Below, one piece after another: positions 19,313-30,058 of a DNA stretch of 64,000 bases. Numbering within the stretch: the first letter of the stretch is position 1; every line of letters starts with the position of its first letter. The notes beneath the pieces are model-generated. The model did not search any database. It saw only the letters and a list, made by a program, of their open reading frames with translations, and was not told the origin of the DNA. The DNA lies in IMG/VR virus record IMGVR_UViG_3300044712_001937, positions 300,703 through 364,702 of that record. One strand, 5' to 3'. Both the position numbers and the translations under genes were made by a program.

Positions 19313-20980
19313 TTATTGATATGAAACTGATTGAGCAAGACAATAAGATGAATAATCTACAGCATATTCTCCACAAACAGCACAACTAATTCCAGTTAAT
19401 TCAACACATGCATTTAAAACAAGTGAAGCTCCAGATTCAACATAATGAGTTTGAGATAATTGAAAATTCATTGAGTTAATATTGCTTGGATTAACTAAAT
19501 ATTCATAATATTCATAATTTGTACGCATCGCACATGTTTCAGGAGTTCCTTCACCAGCAGCTAACATAGATGATGAATCATTTGTATATATACCACAAAC
19601 ACCACAAGCCATTGAACACACATCATTTTCTAACATACTACCTCCAGATTCAACACATGTGAATGTCAAAAACATTAATTTAAATGATTGTCCTATACTT
19701 AATGAAGGATTGGTGCATATTTTAGCATAGTTATTATAAACTCTCATTGTACAACATCCATCAGGAACTTCTTCATAACTTGATGTTACATCATATAAGC
19801 ATATTTGTATTGGTCTATTAATATTTTCAATATCTTGACATATATTAGTACCTTTTATTGCATTTACACCATTATTTCCAATAAGACCATCAATTACACC
19901 ATGTACACAAGCAGTACCTGTACCTGTAGTAACACAAGCCACTTCTTTATATTTTATAGTATCACCATTACACATATAAAATGTTATATAATCTGAATTT
20001 TCTGATGTTGAACTATTAAAAACTCCTACTATGTTACCTAATTGATAATTATCTGATTGTCTAACAATTTCGATACAACCTGCAGCATTTGTTGCTTTAC
20101 ATATATTACAATTAGTATTATAAATTCCACAAAATATACCTGAAACTGTAACTTCAACACATTTTCCAACAGGAATTTCAGGCGATGCTACAATACATCC
20201 ACAATTTATACATTCAATTCCATTTACATAACATGATTTAGGTACGAAATTAATATATACTGTATCTACTGGAACTGTTTCAGAACAATAATAAGTCATT
20301 CCAATTGTTGATGATGGAAGTGCAATATTAATATTTTTAGAACCGATAGATGTTGGATTTAAAGCTTCGATACATACCGAACCTGAACTTTCAACATAAT
20401 TTGAAGTGCAACACATAAATATATCATAACAAATTTCATCACCACAATTAATAGTAACCGGATAACATGTACTTGTTGGTATTGTTGTTGAAAATAATTG
20501 AATTCTTGGTTGACCATTTGGTTTAATATACGCTGTAATTCCTTGAGTTGTATTAACATTACTTCCACCAACTACTGGATGTAAACACATTGAAATTGTT
20601 TCATTTGCACTAAGATTAGGTATAACAATTTTATTTAATCCACTTGATGTTGTTGAATCAATCATACAATATGAAGTACCTGCTATTTTTGATGAAACAC
20701 CGCATAAATAAATAGTTCTTGTATCTATTACTGATGGTGTTATAGCTAAATCATTAGGAGTACAGAATCCTTGCCATGCAATTTTTCCAATAGCATCTGT
20801 AATTTTCAACTGATAACAAGTATTTGCATTTAAACAACTAAATACATTTATCGAATTTGAATAAGTAGTTCCAGAATGACTAATAATATCACTCTGAAGA
20901 ATGGTTGTACAAGTACTATTATGTAATTGTGCTAAAAATGGTGGACAATTACCACGTATGTTATATCTAATATCACTCAT
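19313..20980 (-). CDS. Cys-rich putative virion fibre or decoration protein with three ~120-aa repeats
   Basis: About 41 Cys in 555 aa (hand count); the N-terminus is paralogous to the downstream gene; lies in the structural operon. Confidence 0.65.
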   Translation of the reverse strand: MSDIRYNIRGNCPPFLAQLHNSTCTTILQSDIISHSGTTYSNSINVFSCLNANTCYQLKITDAIGKIAWQGFCTPNDLAITPSVIDTRTIYLCGVSSKIAGTSYCMIDSTTSSGLNKIVIPNLSANETISMCLHPVVGGSNVNTTQGITAYIKPNGQPRIQLFSTTIPTSTCYPVTINCGDEICYDIFMCCTSNYVESSGSVCIEALNPTSIGSKNINIALPSSTIGMTYYCSETVPVDTVYINFVPKSCYVNGIECINCGCIVASPEIPVGKCVEVTVSGIFCGIYNTNCNICKATNAAGCIEIVRQSDNYQLGNIVGVFNSSTSENSDYITFYMCNGDTIKYKEVACVTTGTGTACVHGVIDGLIGNNGVNAIKGTNICQDIENINRPIQICLYDVTSSYEEVPDGCCTMRVYNNYAKICTNPSLSIGQSFKLMFLTFTCVESGGSMLENDVCSMACGVCGIYTNDSSSMLAAGEGTPETCAMRTNYEYYEYLVNPSNINSMNFQLSQTHYVESGASLVLNACVELTGISCAVCGEYAVDYSSYCLAQSVSYQ

Positions 20981-20981
20981 T

Positions 20982-23249
20982 TTATATCAATGTTATTGTT
21001 TTTGAAACTTTAAAAATTTCAATATTATTATAAAATTCTCTAACTTGAACTGTATAATTACCTATTTCAGTTGAATTAGTATAAAACTTCTTAGTTGTAC
21101 CAACTACACTACCAATTGGTAATTCTTCCCATTTTGTTGGACGTAACGAATTTGTAGGATATGCTGTAAATTGAATATTACCTATAATTGGATTTAATCC
21201 AGCATTAATAGATGCTAAATAATTACTAATTAAAACATATTTTCCATTAACATCACTTCCTTGACCAGTACTAAATGCAGAGTTTAAAGGATTTCCAACT
21301 GCAACATATGGTTTACTAACTTTTGACACAATAGCTTCCGGTGCAGTATTTGGTGATGTAGTACCAGTTACATCAGCTAATGTAATAATATATGATGATA
21401 AGAATGAAAATTGACTACTTAATGACCAAACACCACTTGAAGGACTATACCAAGAAATTGTATTTGGTGTTTCAAACTTACTTATTCCAAGATATGGACT
21501 ACCGTATGTAGTACCAATATTTTCAGGATTACTATAAACATTTATCGATGTAGGATTTCCTTGTAAAATTTGGAAATTAGAATTCAAATGACTATAAGTT
21601 GATATATTATTTATTATTTGTAAAATACTGTTTGGTAATTCAATTGTCGTAACACCAGTATATCTACAAGCTGGTGAACCAAAATCATTAATACTAATAA
21701 AATAATCACCAGCAGTTAAATTAGGTATTGTTATTATTGTATCAGGAGTAAATTCTTCGTAATAATAATCAGCATCATTAGTGTAAAAATGTTGTGAGAA
21801 TATTTTAGGTTTACCTTCAACTGAATATGCAAATACTTCTACCAATACATCACCAGTATTAACTACATTAGTAATTGTAATTTTTCCATCACTATTACTA
21901 TATGAAGTTGGAGATGTAAATTTAATATCTACAGAACTTAAATAACATGCTGTACATCCAATAGAAACATTATCGTTTATTCCGAATTTATAATTAGGTA
22001 ATGTCCAAGACCTATTAGACTTATATGACATTGCAAATAATAATTCTTGGTCTTCAATCACAAATAATTTTAAATCATTAAATATTTTACCAACAACATT
22101 ACCTACAGTATCAACCAAATCATAATAATTTGTATTTAATGATTTTGTGTTACCAGTTAACAATTTAGAACTACCATTAGCAGTTAATGTTAAACCCATT
22201 TTAGCTATTGGTGATTTATGCCACATGATAGTAGGTAATGTTAATATTGGCGTATTTTGATATAATTCTTCAGCATATGTGTTTGAAGGAGATGAATTAG
22301 TATAATGAATTATTCCTAATTTTTTTATTACTGGAGCTTGATTTTGAATATATGAAATAAATCCAGCGTAACTTGAACTATTATATTGGCTAAAACTTTT
22401 TTGAGTTAATGGGTCTACACCTATAATATCTTCGGTATATACTATCGATAAATTCCAAAAAGGAAATGTTATCGTAGGACATTGACAATTTTGTTTAAAA
22501 GCTAATAGTGCATCATCTACATATTCCGTTGAATAATTATCGTAAATTGTACTTGCTCCTGAATAATTTATATAATTATAATATACAATAGCTCCTGCCC
22601 ATACATTTTCTGGAGAATCTGTAAAATCGGGTAAGTTTCTATCTACTTTAATTCTTAAATTATTTGTAACTAATTTACCTGATACAATTTCATCAATTCT
22701 ATATATTAAATAAGGTGTTGGATAATTGCTATTCACAGTATAACCAGTCGTACTTATATTAGAAAAACCATTTACCCATTTTACTAAAATATAATCACCA
22801 ACAGCAGGTTCATTTACATTTCCTAAATATGTTGGTGCTTTACGTAAATTTAAATATTTACCACCTTGAACACCCGGTGCATATATCATAACATCAGGTT
22901 GTTTTACATGGTCACCATCAATGTTAAATGTAGTCACATTATTACTTATAGTAAAAAAACCTAATGGTTCTGCCGTGTTTTGAATTATTGTTGGAGACGA
23001 AGACACAGCAGAAATTATATTAAAATAATCTCCACCTGAATTTTTAGGAATAAATGATAAAATACTTGGATTTTTATCTGCAGGTCTCAATATATTAGAT
23101 AAATGAATATTAGTTAAATTATAATCTATTTCACTATCACCAACAGCATAATATTTAAATCCTAAACTACCTTTTGATAATAATTCTCTACCTTTTGAAG
23201 TAAGTTTAATATTTAAAACTACCGGGTCTTTTTTATCTATAAATGCCAT
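20982..23249 (-). CDS. Virion structural protein (baseplate/tail-associated)
   Basis: The N-terminal KLTSKGRELL..GSLGFKYYAVGDSEIDY is typical of large-myovirus baseplate-region proteins; SprB-like segment SNSDGKITI...NLTAGDYFISIND; late motif (23266-23272). Confidence 0.65.
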   Translation of the reverse strand: MAFIDKKDPVVLNIKLTSKGRELLSKGSLGFKYYAVGDSEIDYNLTNIHLSNILRPADKNPSILSFIPKNSGGDYFNIISAVSSSPTIIQNTAEPLGFFTISNNVTTFNIDGDHVKQPDVMIYAPGVQGGKYLNLRKAPTYLGNVNEPAVGDYILVKWVNGFSNISTTGYTVNSNYPTPYLIYRIDEIVSGKLVTNNLRIKVDRNLPDFTDSPENVWAGAIVYYNYINYSGASTIYDNYSTEYVDDALLAFKQNCQCPTITFPFWNLSIVYTEDIIGVDPLTQKSFSQYNSSSYAGFISYIQNQAPVIKKLGIIHYTNSSPSNTYAEELYQNTPILTLPTIMWHKSPIAKMGLTLTANGSSKLLTGNTKSLNTNYYDLVDTVGNVVGKIFNDLKLFVIEDQELLFAMSYKSNRSWTLPNYKFGINDNVSIGCTACYLSSVDIKFTSPTSYSNSDGKITITNVVNTGDVLVEVFAYSVEGKPKIFSQHFYTNDADYYYEEFTPDTIITIPNLTAGDYFISINDFGSPACRYTGVTTIELPNSILQIINNISTYSHLNSNFQILQGNPTSINVYSNPENIGTTYGSPYLGISKFETPNTISWYSPSSGVWSLSSQFSFLSSYIITLADVTGTTSPNTAPEAIVSKVSKPYVAVGNPLNSAFSTGQGSDVNGKYVLISNYLASINAGLNPIIGNIQFTAYPTNSLRPTKWEELPIGSVVGTTKKFYTNSTEIGNYTVQVREFYNNIEIFKVSKTITLI

Positions 23250-23294
23250 TTATTTAAATTTAATATAAATACACTAATTTTTAATTTATTAACC

Positions 23295-25298
23295 TTACGG
23301 TTGACAAAGAGTTCTTGATGTTGTTGTAGTCACAATATAATCATTATTTTGTGGTACACCATTTGAGCAAAATATATATGGTATTATTTTACCATTTCCA
23401 TATGGATATGCATCTGAAACACATAATATTTTTAAACAAGTTTGATTATACATACCTGCATACAATTTATAACAAATTTTATCTCCATATACAAATGTAA
23501 ATGAACTTTTTGCGTTGTTTCCAACAGTACAATAACAATTTAATGTTGATGGTAATTGACCAGTCGATAAATTGGTATGACATGCAATTTTTTTAGAGAC
23601 TGTAGGATTACTATATGGTGAACACCAAATTTCAACAGTACTTGGAACTGATGGAGTATTACCTCCACATTTTAACGTTACTGTATCGTAACAAATACAT
23701 ACTCTTCTATATAAATTACCTGACACATCTGACACGGAAGCAATACTACTACCTAATTCAAATGTACCTATTTCACAAGAACAATAATTTAAAGTATTTC
23801 CTACATTACTTTCATGATAAGGTATAATTGGTTTTATTAAAACCGGAACATTAACTTTTGTAGCTGTTACTGCAAAACTATCTCTATCAGGTGTGCTTAT
23901 TTGAGGTAGAATAGTTGTTGAAGTACTTGAAACTGAACTTATTCTAATTCCACTTGATAAATTACCTGCATATGCTGTGCCACCAATATTATAACATACT
24001 GAATCACCAGATGTAATTGTGAATTCATAATAAAAATTAGGTTTTGAAGTTGTACCTTCACAAGTACCAAGAGAAACATAACCCGGTTCAGTACCACATG
24101 ATTTATATACCGTAATATACATTGCACCAGTAGATGGTGAATGTTGTGGAGTTGTACCACTTAATACTATATTTACAATGTCACTATTATTAGATATTGG
24201 TGGATTAATTAACAAATTACCACATTTTGTACCAGCATCTACATCAGGTGGATTACTCCATTCAATCGTACTATTACCTAATGCAAAATATATAGGTTGA
24301 ATTGCTTTAGCATAGCTAATATATTTTTCACAAAGACTACTATTAACAGTACTAATATTAGTATTACATCCATCAACAGAATCTATTTTTAAATATGCGT
24401 TACTACTTTCACCACCATTAAAAGCTGAAGCAGATAAACTATAACACATTGATTGATTTTGACATAAAATAAATGAACCTGTTGGAGATACACCGTTTTT
24501 ACTTGTAATATATGCATATTGAACATAATTACCATCACCACTATTACATTTTAATTCTACAGACCCTAAACTATTAGTACCAACATTAGCTACAGTTACA
24601 TTATAATTAACTCTCATACATTCACCATTAGATAATGGTTGGGTAATTTGAAATAAACCTTTTTCAAAACAACCACTACCTGTTAAAGTTTTATATGTTT
24701 CATTTAATGAAATTGTTCTAACACCTTTAGTTGTTGTTGTACTTGGAAGTATTAATGGTAATGAGATTATTTTTTCATATTCACAAACAACTGCATTATA
24801 ACCGGGTGAATAGTCTCTTATTTTAAAAACATAAACTCCATTCATATCTAAATCAGTAAATGTACAATAAGATTGCCAAGGATAATCATCTTCATTACTA
24901 TTTAAAGGATATGCTTTATATTCTAATCTACATCCTACATTACTTTCACCAACATTAATTACACGAACACCATTTAAAAATTTATATACTAAAAATTCTG
25001 GATTTAATTTACAATATAATGGAATACAATCTGAATCATTTTCAGTTGCTCCTGAAAATAAAATTTGTTTTTCAGTATCACTACCAATATCAATATAGTC
25101 TAAATAACTTAAAACTCTATTATCATAATCAATATTATTTAACTTTGATAATTCGTCTACAGTTAATTGTGGAAATGCTACACCTTCATTAACAAATGAA
25201 TTTAATAAATTATATGTTTGACCAATATTAGTACATGAACCTAATCCGCAACTAATTTTGTTACATATGTTTAATATATATTTTCTACTATTTGCCAT
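23295..25298 (-). CDS. Cys-rich putative virion fibre or decoration protein with three ~120-aa repeats and Thr runs
   Basis: About 33 Cys (hand count); repeat motif F-x-x-x-x-G/N-D/Q-x-x-C-Y shared with 19313-20980; contains PSTTTTKG and VTTTTSRT. Confidence 0.65.
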   Translation of the reverse strand: MANSRKYILNICNKISCGLGSCTNIGQTYNLLNSFVNEGVAFPQLTVDELSKLNNIDYDNRVLSYLDYIDIGSDTEKQILFSGATENDSDCIPLYCKLNPEFLVYKFLNGVRVINVGESNVGCRLEYKAYPLNSNEDDYPWQSYCTFTDLDMNGVYVFKIRDYSPGYNAVVCEYEKIISLPLILPSTTTTKGVRTISLNETYKTLTGSGCFEKGLFQITQPLSNGECMRVNYNVTVANVGTNSLGSVELKCNSGDGNYVQYAYITSKNGVSPTGSFILCQNQSMCYSLSASAFNGGESSNAYLKIDSVDGCNTNISTVNSSLCEKYISYAKAIQPIYFALGNSTIEWSNPPDVDAGTKCGNLLINPPISNNSDIVNIVLSGTTPQHSPSTGAMYITVYKSCGTEPGYVSLGTCEGTTSKPNFYYEFTITSGDSVCYNIGGTAYAGNLSSGIRISSVSSTSTTILPQISTPDRDSFAVTATKVNVPVLIKPIIPYHESNVGNTLNYCSCEIGTFELGSSIASVSDVSGNLYRRVCICYDTVTLKCGGNTPSVPSTVEIWCSPYSNPTVSKKIACHTNLSTGQLPSTLNCYCTVGNNAKSSFTFVYGDKICYKLYAGMYNQTCLKILCVSDAYPYGNGKIIPYIFCSNGVPQNNDYIVTTTTSRTLCQP

Positions 25299-25300
25299 AA

Positions 25301-26218
25301 TTAAAATAATATATTTGAAAAACTTTTTTCAGTTTCTTTAATTTCTTTCACGTAGTTAAATGAACAATATTCATCGCTACATTTTAATTCTTGATTAAAT
25401 GGTGATTTTTGATAATTAGTTTTTAAAAAATACAATCCATTATCAATAACAGCACCTGCATTATGATATATATACGTACTTTTCCATCTTTTTATTGAAT
25501 CAGTTGCCCATGAAAAATCTAATTTTTTTATGATTTTAGTATCATGACCAAAATACCATGCATTCCATAAAACAGCCCACATATCTGCAGTCCATGCTTG
25601 AATTGGATGTTCTGGACTATATTTAATAGAAGTTTCAATCATGTATTTATATAATTCTTCAGAATCTTTTTCAACCTTTTTCCAAAATTCACTATTTATG
25701 CCTTTCATTAAATATTGTGCTCCACCAGCATTTTTATCATTATCTTCAACAATTTTTGAGTCAATACCAACTATTTTGCACATATCAATAAACAGGTCAT
25801 TACTTTTACTTTTAATATATTTACTATCAATATATGAACAAGTATCGCTTAAATACCAAATATTATCGTTTAAATATTCATCAAATTTTAATTTTTTAGT
25901 AAATAAAACATCAGGGTCTACATAAAAAAATGTTTCTTTTGACATTTCAGGATATTTTTCAAAAAATTTAGCTAATATATGGGGGCGCATTGATGATGAA
26001 TATTTTGGATATTCTCTTTCATCATTAAAAACATAAAATTTACATTTTAAACCGCCATATGTTATTATTCTGTTTAAAACATCACTTTTTTGTAAATTAT
26101 GTTTACCAATAACATAAATCGTATCTTCTTCATAACCAAATTTTCTAAAATTATAAATTTGTACAAGCATTTGCCATAAAAAATAATTCACATCTGGTAA
26201 CACTACTAATATTTTCAT
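25301..26218 (-). CDS. GT-A glycosyltransferase-like protein resembling peptide O-glycosyltransferases (HPAT/SERGT type)
   Basis: RPHIL..F, DxD motif YVDPDVLF, GGAQYL, QAWTADMWAVLWN and YHNAG; coupled between two structural genes. Confidence 0.6.
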   Translation of the reverse strand: MKILVVLPDVNYFLWQMLVQIYNFRKFGYEEDTIYVIGKHNLQKSDVLNRIITYGGLKCKFYVFNDEREYPKYSSSMRPHILAKFFEKYPEMSKETFFYVDPDVLFTKKLKFDEYLNDNIWYLSDTCSYIDSKYIKSKSNDLFIDMCKIVGIDSKIVEDNDKNAGGAQYLMKGINSEFWKKVEKDSEELYKYMIETSIKYSPEHPIQAWTADMWAVLWNAWYFGHDTKIIKKLDFSWATDSIKRWKSTYIYHNAGAVIDNGLYFLKTNYQKSPFNQELKCSDEYCSFNYVKEIKETEKSFSNILF

Positions 26219-26219
26219 T

Positions 26220-29200
26220 TTATAAAGTTGATGTTGAAATTACCATATTATTTATTTGTGCTGGAACTAATATTGCATTACCATTAGGAGTTATACCAGC
26301 TCTAATATCCCCCACAGTTGTTGATGTTACAGTACCTGCTGGATAACCCGGTTCTTGTACTACTTCATTTCTAAGAATAATATGAATAACATCACCAACT
26401 TCCATTTTAATTAAAGCTGTTTCATAAATATAGTCATCAGCAAGATAATCATCTGAAATTTCATATTTACTATAATCTCTCGCATATACAGAAATTCCAT
26501 TATTTGTAATTATAATACTTGCTTTTGATGTTGAAGTAGTTCCTGAACTACCTGAAGCTATGTATAATAAAGTTGAGAAATCAAAATAAATTAAAGCTGT
26601 ATAGCTTGGAATTAATCCTTCTTGACTAATACCATACGTAATTTCACTTAAACCATCACCAGCTTCAGAATCAATTTCTTTAGTAGTTAAAACAACTGTC
26701 AAAGGACGCATTGTTGTTGTAGTGGTAGTTATTGGATATGTTACAGTCACATTGTTTACGACAAAATTTTCACATAGATTACTAACACAAATTTTATCAT
26801 CAGGATTTTCACTCCATGCACCTACTTTTGTCAATGGAAATTTTAAATAAGTTGCACCATCATCACCATGATATAAAAAGTTATTATCTGTTTTATATGT
26901 GGTTAAACCATCACTATTTCGAGTATTAATAATTCCCATATATACACCACGTTTATATGTGAATTTTTGCCTTGTAAATACAGTATTTCTCACCATTAAT
27001 CCACCTTTTCTCATTATAACTGTTGCAGACAATAATTGGTCTACAAATTTTTGAAAAAATGAATTATATTTACTTAAAAACGAATATAAATTATTAAAAG
27101 TATAACCATTAGAATGTAAAGGATTATCATCAGGAAGTGTACTTCTTTTTAAATAAGTTATATAAATATTTAATAAAGTAGGATACCAACCACCTTTAAA
27201 ATCAGTAATAGTTTTTCTATTAGTTGCATTTATCATTCTTCTTTGAATTAATTCAATAAATTCAAGAAAAGATAATTTACTAATATCACCAATACCAAAA
27301 TCATTAGATATAATTGGGTCAAAAAAATCATTACCTGCAACAATATAATATGCACTAAGAACTGTACCGTATCTTAATCCATTTGGTAAATAAATTTCAT
27401 AAGGGTTACTTGAGTTTAAAGTATAATCAGTTCCGGGTTCTAATGCTAAACCATTTATTAATATTTTAACATTTTCAATATTATTTATTTTATAATTAAG
27501 TTTATATACATATTTGTTTGCTGATTCATTATAATAAATTTTTCCAGTATTAAAACTATCAATTCTAAGAATTTCACTTCTCATACCAATACTTGAACCA
27601 CCTACCACATTTAAATATGAAACTTGTATAATTGGATTTATTGCTAAATACGCAATAACTTCTTGATTTTGAATTATAATTTGATTCGAATTATTTGGGT
27701 CAACAATATAGTCTCCGATAAATTGATTAGTTCCCTTAGTTAATGCAATGCCATTTAAAGTTAATTGAACATCACCACTTGCTGTATTAGGAAGAGGAAT
27801 TATTGTACCTATTGAAGTTGCGTTAATTCTTGTAACCATATAAGTTAAATTAAGACCTGCTACTACCGCAGTATATCCAGTTTCTATATATGTTATTTGA
27901 ACTATATCTCTATTAACACCATCGTTATTAGCATATTCATTAAGAATTAAATTACTTCCACTAATATAATAATCTCCGGGCACTGTTTGCATTCCTGAAA
28001 TTGTATCATATTCTTTAGGTGCTGCTAATAATATACCATTAAGACGTACCTCTAACTCACCAGCACCCTCTTTATAATTTGTGGGTAATTGAAAGACATT
28101 ATAATTCATTCCTCCAACTGGTAATGATAAGTTAATATATGTAATAGGTAATGTATAACCACTTGAATTTGCAGTAAAATCTTTAGTTTTAACATAATCA
28201 TACACATCATATTCAATACCTGACGATGTATCAAGAGTAACATCAATTTCTTTCGTATTTATAACAAGTTTACTATCTGCTTGATAATATTGAGATGTTG
28301 TATCATCAACTCTATATGTTGAGCCAGTTTGAATCCAAGATTTTTTATTATCAACTGTTTGATTTAAATTAAATCCAACCATTCTAAATACATTAAGATA
28401 CGCTTGTCCACTATCGGTATCACCAGACATTTGAAAATAAAAATCAGATGTTTCTAATGGAGCTACTGGATAACCACTTGTATCATATGGTAATGATTGT
28501 GATGGAAAATCTAATTCAGTTAATGTCACTGTACGTGGGTCAATAATACCATCAACAGTATAAACATATTCCGTTATATTTATAAATGGTTCAGGAATAC
28601 CTATTAAAAGAAACATTGATTTTAAAGCTTCTCTTGTACCCTTCCCCTTCCAAAAATAATTAGTATTCATAATAATTCTTCGCCATAATTCAATATCTAT
28701 TTCTGCTGGCATTAAATCAGTATGTAAATTTCTTTCTTTATCATCAATTGTTAAAAAACTTTCGACTAACTCACCTTCATTAACTAATGAAAAATAATTC
28801 CATCCTAATGTTTTAGCTAAATTACTAACTAATTGGTCTGGAATATTATTTATTTTATCATAAGTTACTTTATTTATATAAACTAAAGAATCAATAAATT
28901 CTCTCATTTGGTCAAATTCTCTACCATATATTTTTAACAATTTACTCATTTTACCTTCTGCAGTAAGGTCATAAGTTCTTAACGATGCAGGTGTTAAAAA
29001 TCTGGCAATTAAATCAGTTTTAATTTGGTCATATTTCATACCAATTGTAAGAATTGACTCTAAAAAATTTCTATATGTTGCAGTATTAATATCGAGATTA
29101 TATCCATCATTCGTATTCCAAAACATTAATGAATCATTGTAAATTATCTCTCCACTATCAAGCAAAGTTGGAGTTTTTAAAGTAAATTTAAAACCTTTAT

Positions 29201-29987
29201 TATCTTCTCTTTCTGAAATTACATATTTTTCATAATCACTTAATTGTGCTCTAAATTCTTCAAAAACTAACGTATTTGGTTTAATATGAAAATCAACATT
29301 ACCTGCACTACCGCTAATTGTTGGAAAAGGATTTCCAGTAACTTGAACTTTAACATATCTTCTACTTGAGGTATATCCTGTAAATCCAAGTAAAGAACAA
29401 CTATTTAAATCAGGGTTTAATGATGACCAAATATTAAATTTATCATATGAAATATTTAAATTTCTCAATTCATTATTATCAGGTAATTGTGAATTACCAT
29501 CATTTATTACAATACCATAAGTATTTACAATATAATCAACAGGTATGTTAAATATTGAAATATTAGTCAATTCATTATATGAGAATCCTGAATACGTTAA
29601 ATTTCCACTTCTTTTTATTTTTGAACTAACAAATAAACTTGCAGGATAATCTAATATTATATTTTCAATTGTTATTCTTAAAAATTCATATGCAGAACCA
29701 TAACGAATAAAAGTGTTTAAATCTGATTTATCTAAATTTAAAACAGCATTTGTTGTTTTATCTTGCATTAATTCAGATTGAACATCTGAAATATTCATAG
29801 TTTCGAGTGTTATTGGATAAACAAAACTACTTAAAGTATTACTATAATCTACAAATTTTTTACTATCAAAATTTGATGTAACAGAAAAACTTCCGAATGA
29901 GAATACTACATTAGATGCTGTGTTATCAAAACTATCACCATTTAAATTAGAATCAAGATTGTTATTTACTACTTTAACTTTTGCCAC
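26220..29987 (-). CDS. Large baseplate wedge/tail protein (P2 gpI/T4 gp7-like region)
   Basis: LAKTLGW...WRRII.N..YFWKGKGT motif of tail protein I-like domains; repeated Ig-like V.LNGI.L....DY segments; late motif (30006-30012). Confidence 0.7.
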   Translation of the reverse strand: MAKVKVVNNNLDSNLNGDSFDNTASNVVFSFGSFSVTSNFDSKKFVDYSNTLSSFVYPITLETMNISDVQSELMQDKTTNAVLNLDKSDLNTFIRYGSAYEFLRITIENIILDYPASLFVSSKIKRSGNLTYSGFSYNELTNISIFNIPVDYIVNTYGIVINDGNSQLPDNNELRNLNISYDKFNIWSSLNPDLNSCSLLGFTGYTSSRRYVKVQVTGNPFPTISGSAGNVDFHIKPNTLVFEEFRAQLSDYEKYVISEREDNKGFKFTLKTPTLLDSGEIIYNDSLMFWNTNDGYNLDINTATYRNFLESILTIGMKYDQIKTDLIARFLTPASLRTYDLTAEGKMSKLLKIYGREFDQMREFIDSLVYINKVTYDKINNIPDQLVSNLAKTLGWNYFSLVNEGELVESFLTIDDKERNLHTDLMPAEIDIELWRRIIMNTNYFWKGKGTREALKSMFLLIGIPEPFINITEYVYTVDGIIDPRTVTLTELDFPSQSLPYDTSGYPVAPLETSDFYFQMSGDTDSGQAYLNVFRMVGFNLNQTVDNKKSWIQTGSTYRVDDTTSQYYQADSKLVINTKEIDVTLDTSSGIEYDVYDYVKTKDFTANSSGYTLPITYINLSLPVGGMNYNVFQLPTNYKEGAGELEVRLNGILLAAPKEYDTISGMQTVPGDYYISGSNLILNEYANNDGVNRDIVQITYIETGYTAVVAGLNLTYMVTRINATSIGTIIPLPNTASGDVQLTLNGIALTKGTNQFIGDYIVDPNNSNQIIIQNQEVIAYLAINPIIQVSYLNVVGGSSIGMRSEILRIDSFNTGKIYYNESANKYVYKLNYKINNIENVKILINGLALEPGTDYTLNSSNPYEIYLPNGLRYGTVLSAYYIVAGNDFFDPIISNDFGIGDISKLSFLEFIELIQRRMINATNRKTITDFKGGWYPTLLNIYITYLKRSTLPDDNPLHSNGYTFNNLYSFLSKYNSFFQKFVDQLLSATVIMRKGGLMVRNTVFTRQKFTYKRGVYMGIINTRNSDGLTTYKTDNNFLYHGDDGATYLKFPLTKVGAWSENPDDKICVSNLCENFVVNNVTVTYPITTTTTTMRPLTVVLTTKEIDSEAGDGLSEITYGISQEGLIPSYTALIYFDFSTLLYIASGSSGTTSTSKASIIITNNGISVYARDYSKYEISDDYLADDYIYETALIKMEVGDVIHIILRNEVVQEPGYPAGTVTSTTVGDIRAGITPNGNAILVPAQINNMVISTSTL

Positions 29988-30021
29988 AGGATAATATTTT
30001 ATCTATAAATACGATAAAATA

Positions 30022-30052
30022 AAAAATCCCTGTAAATTAACAAGGATTTTTT
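30022..30052. terminator. Possible intrinsic terminator
   Basis: Imperfect hairpin aaaaaatccctgt...acaaggatttttt between structural genes. Confidence 0.45.
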
Positions 30053-30058
30053 ATTTTA

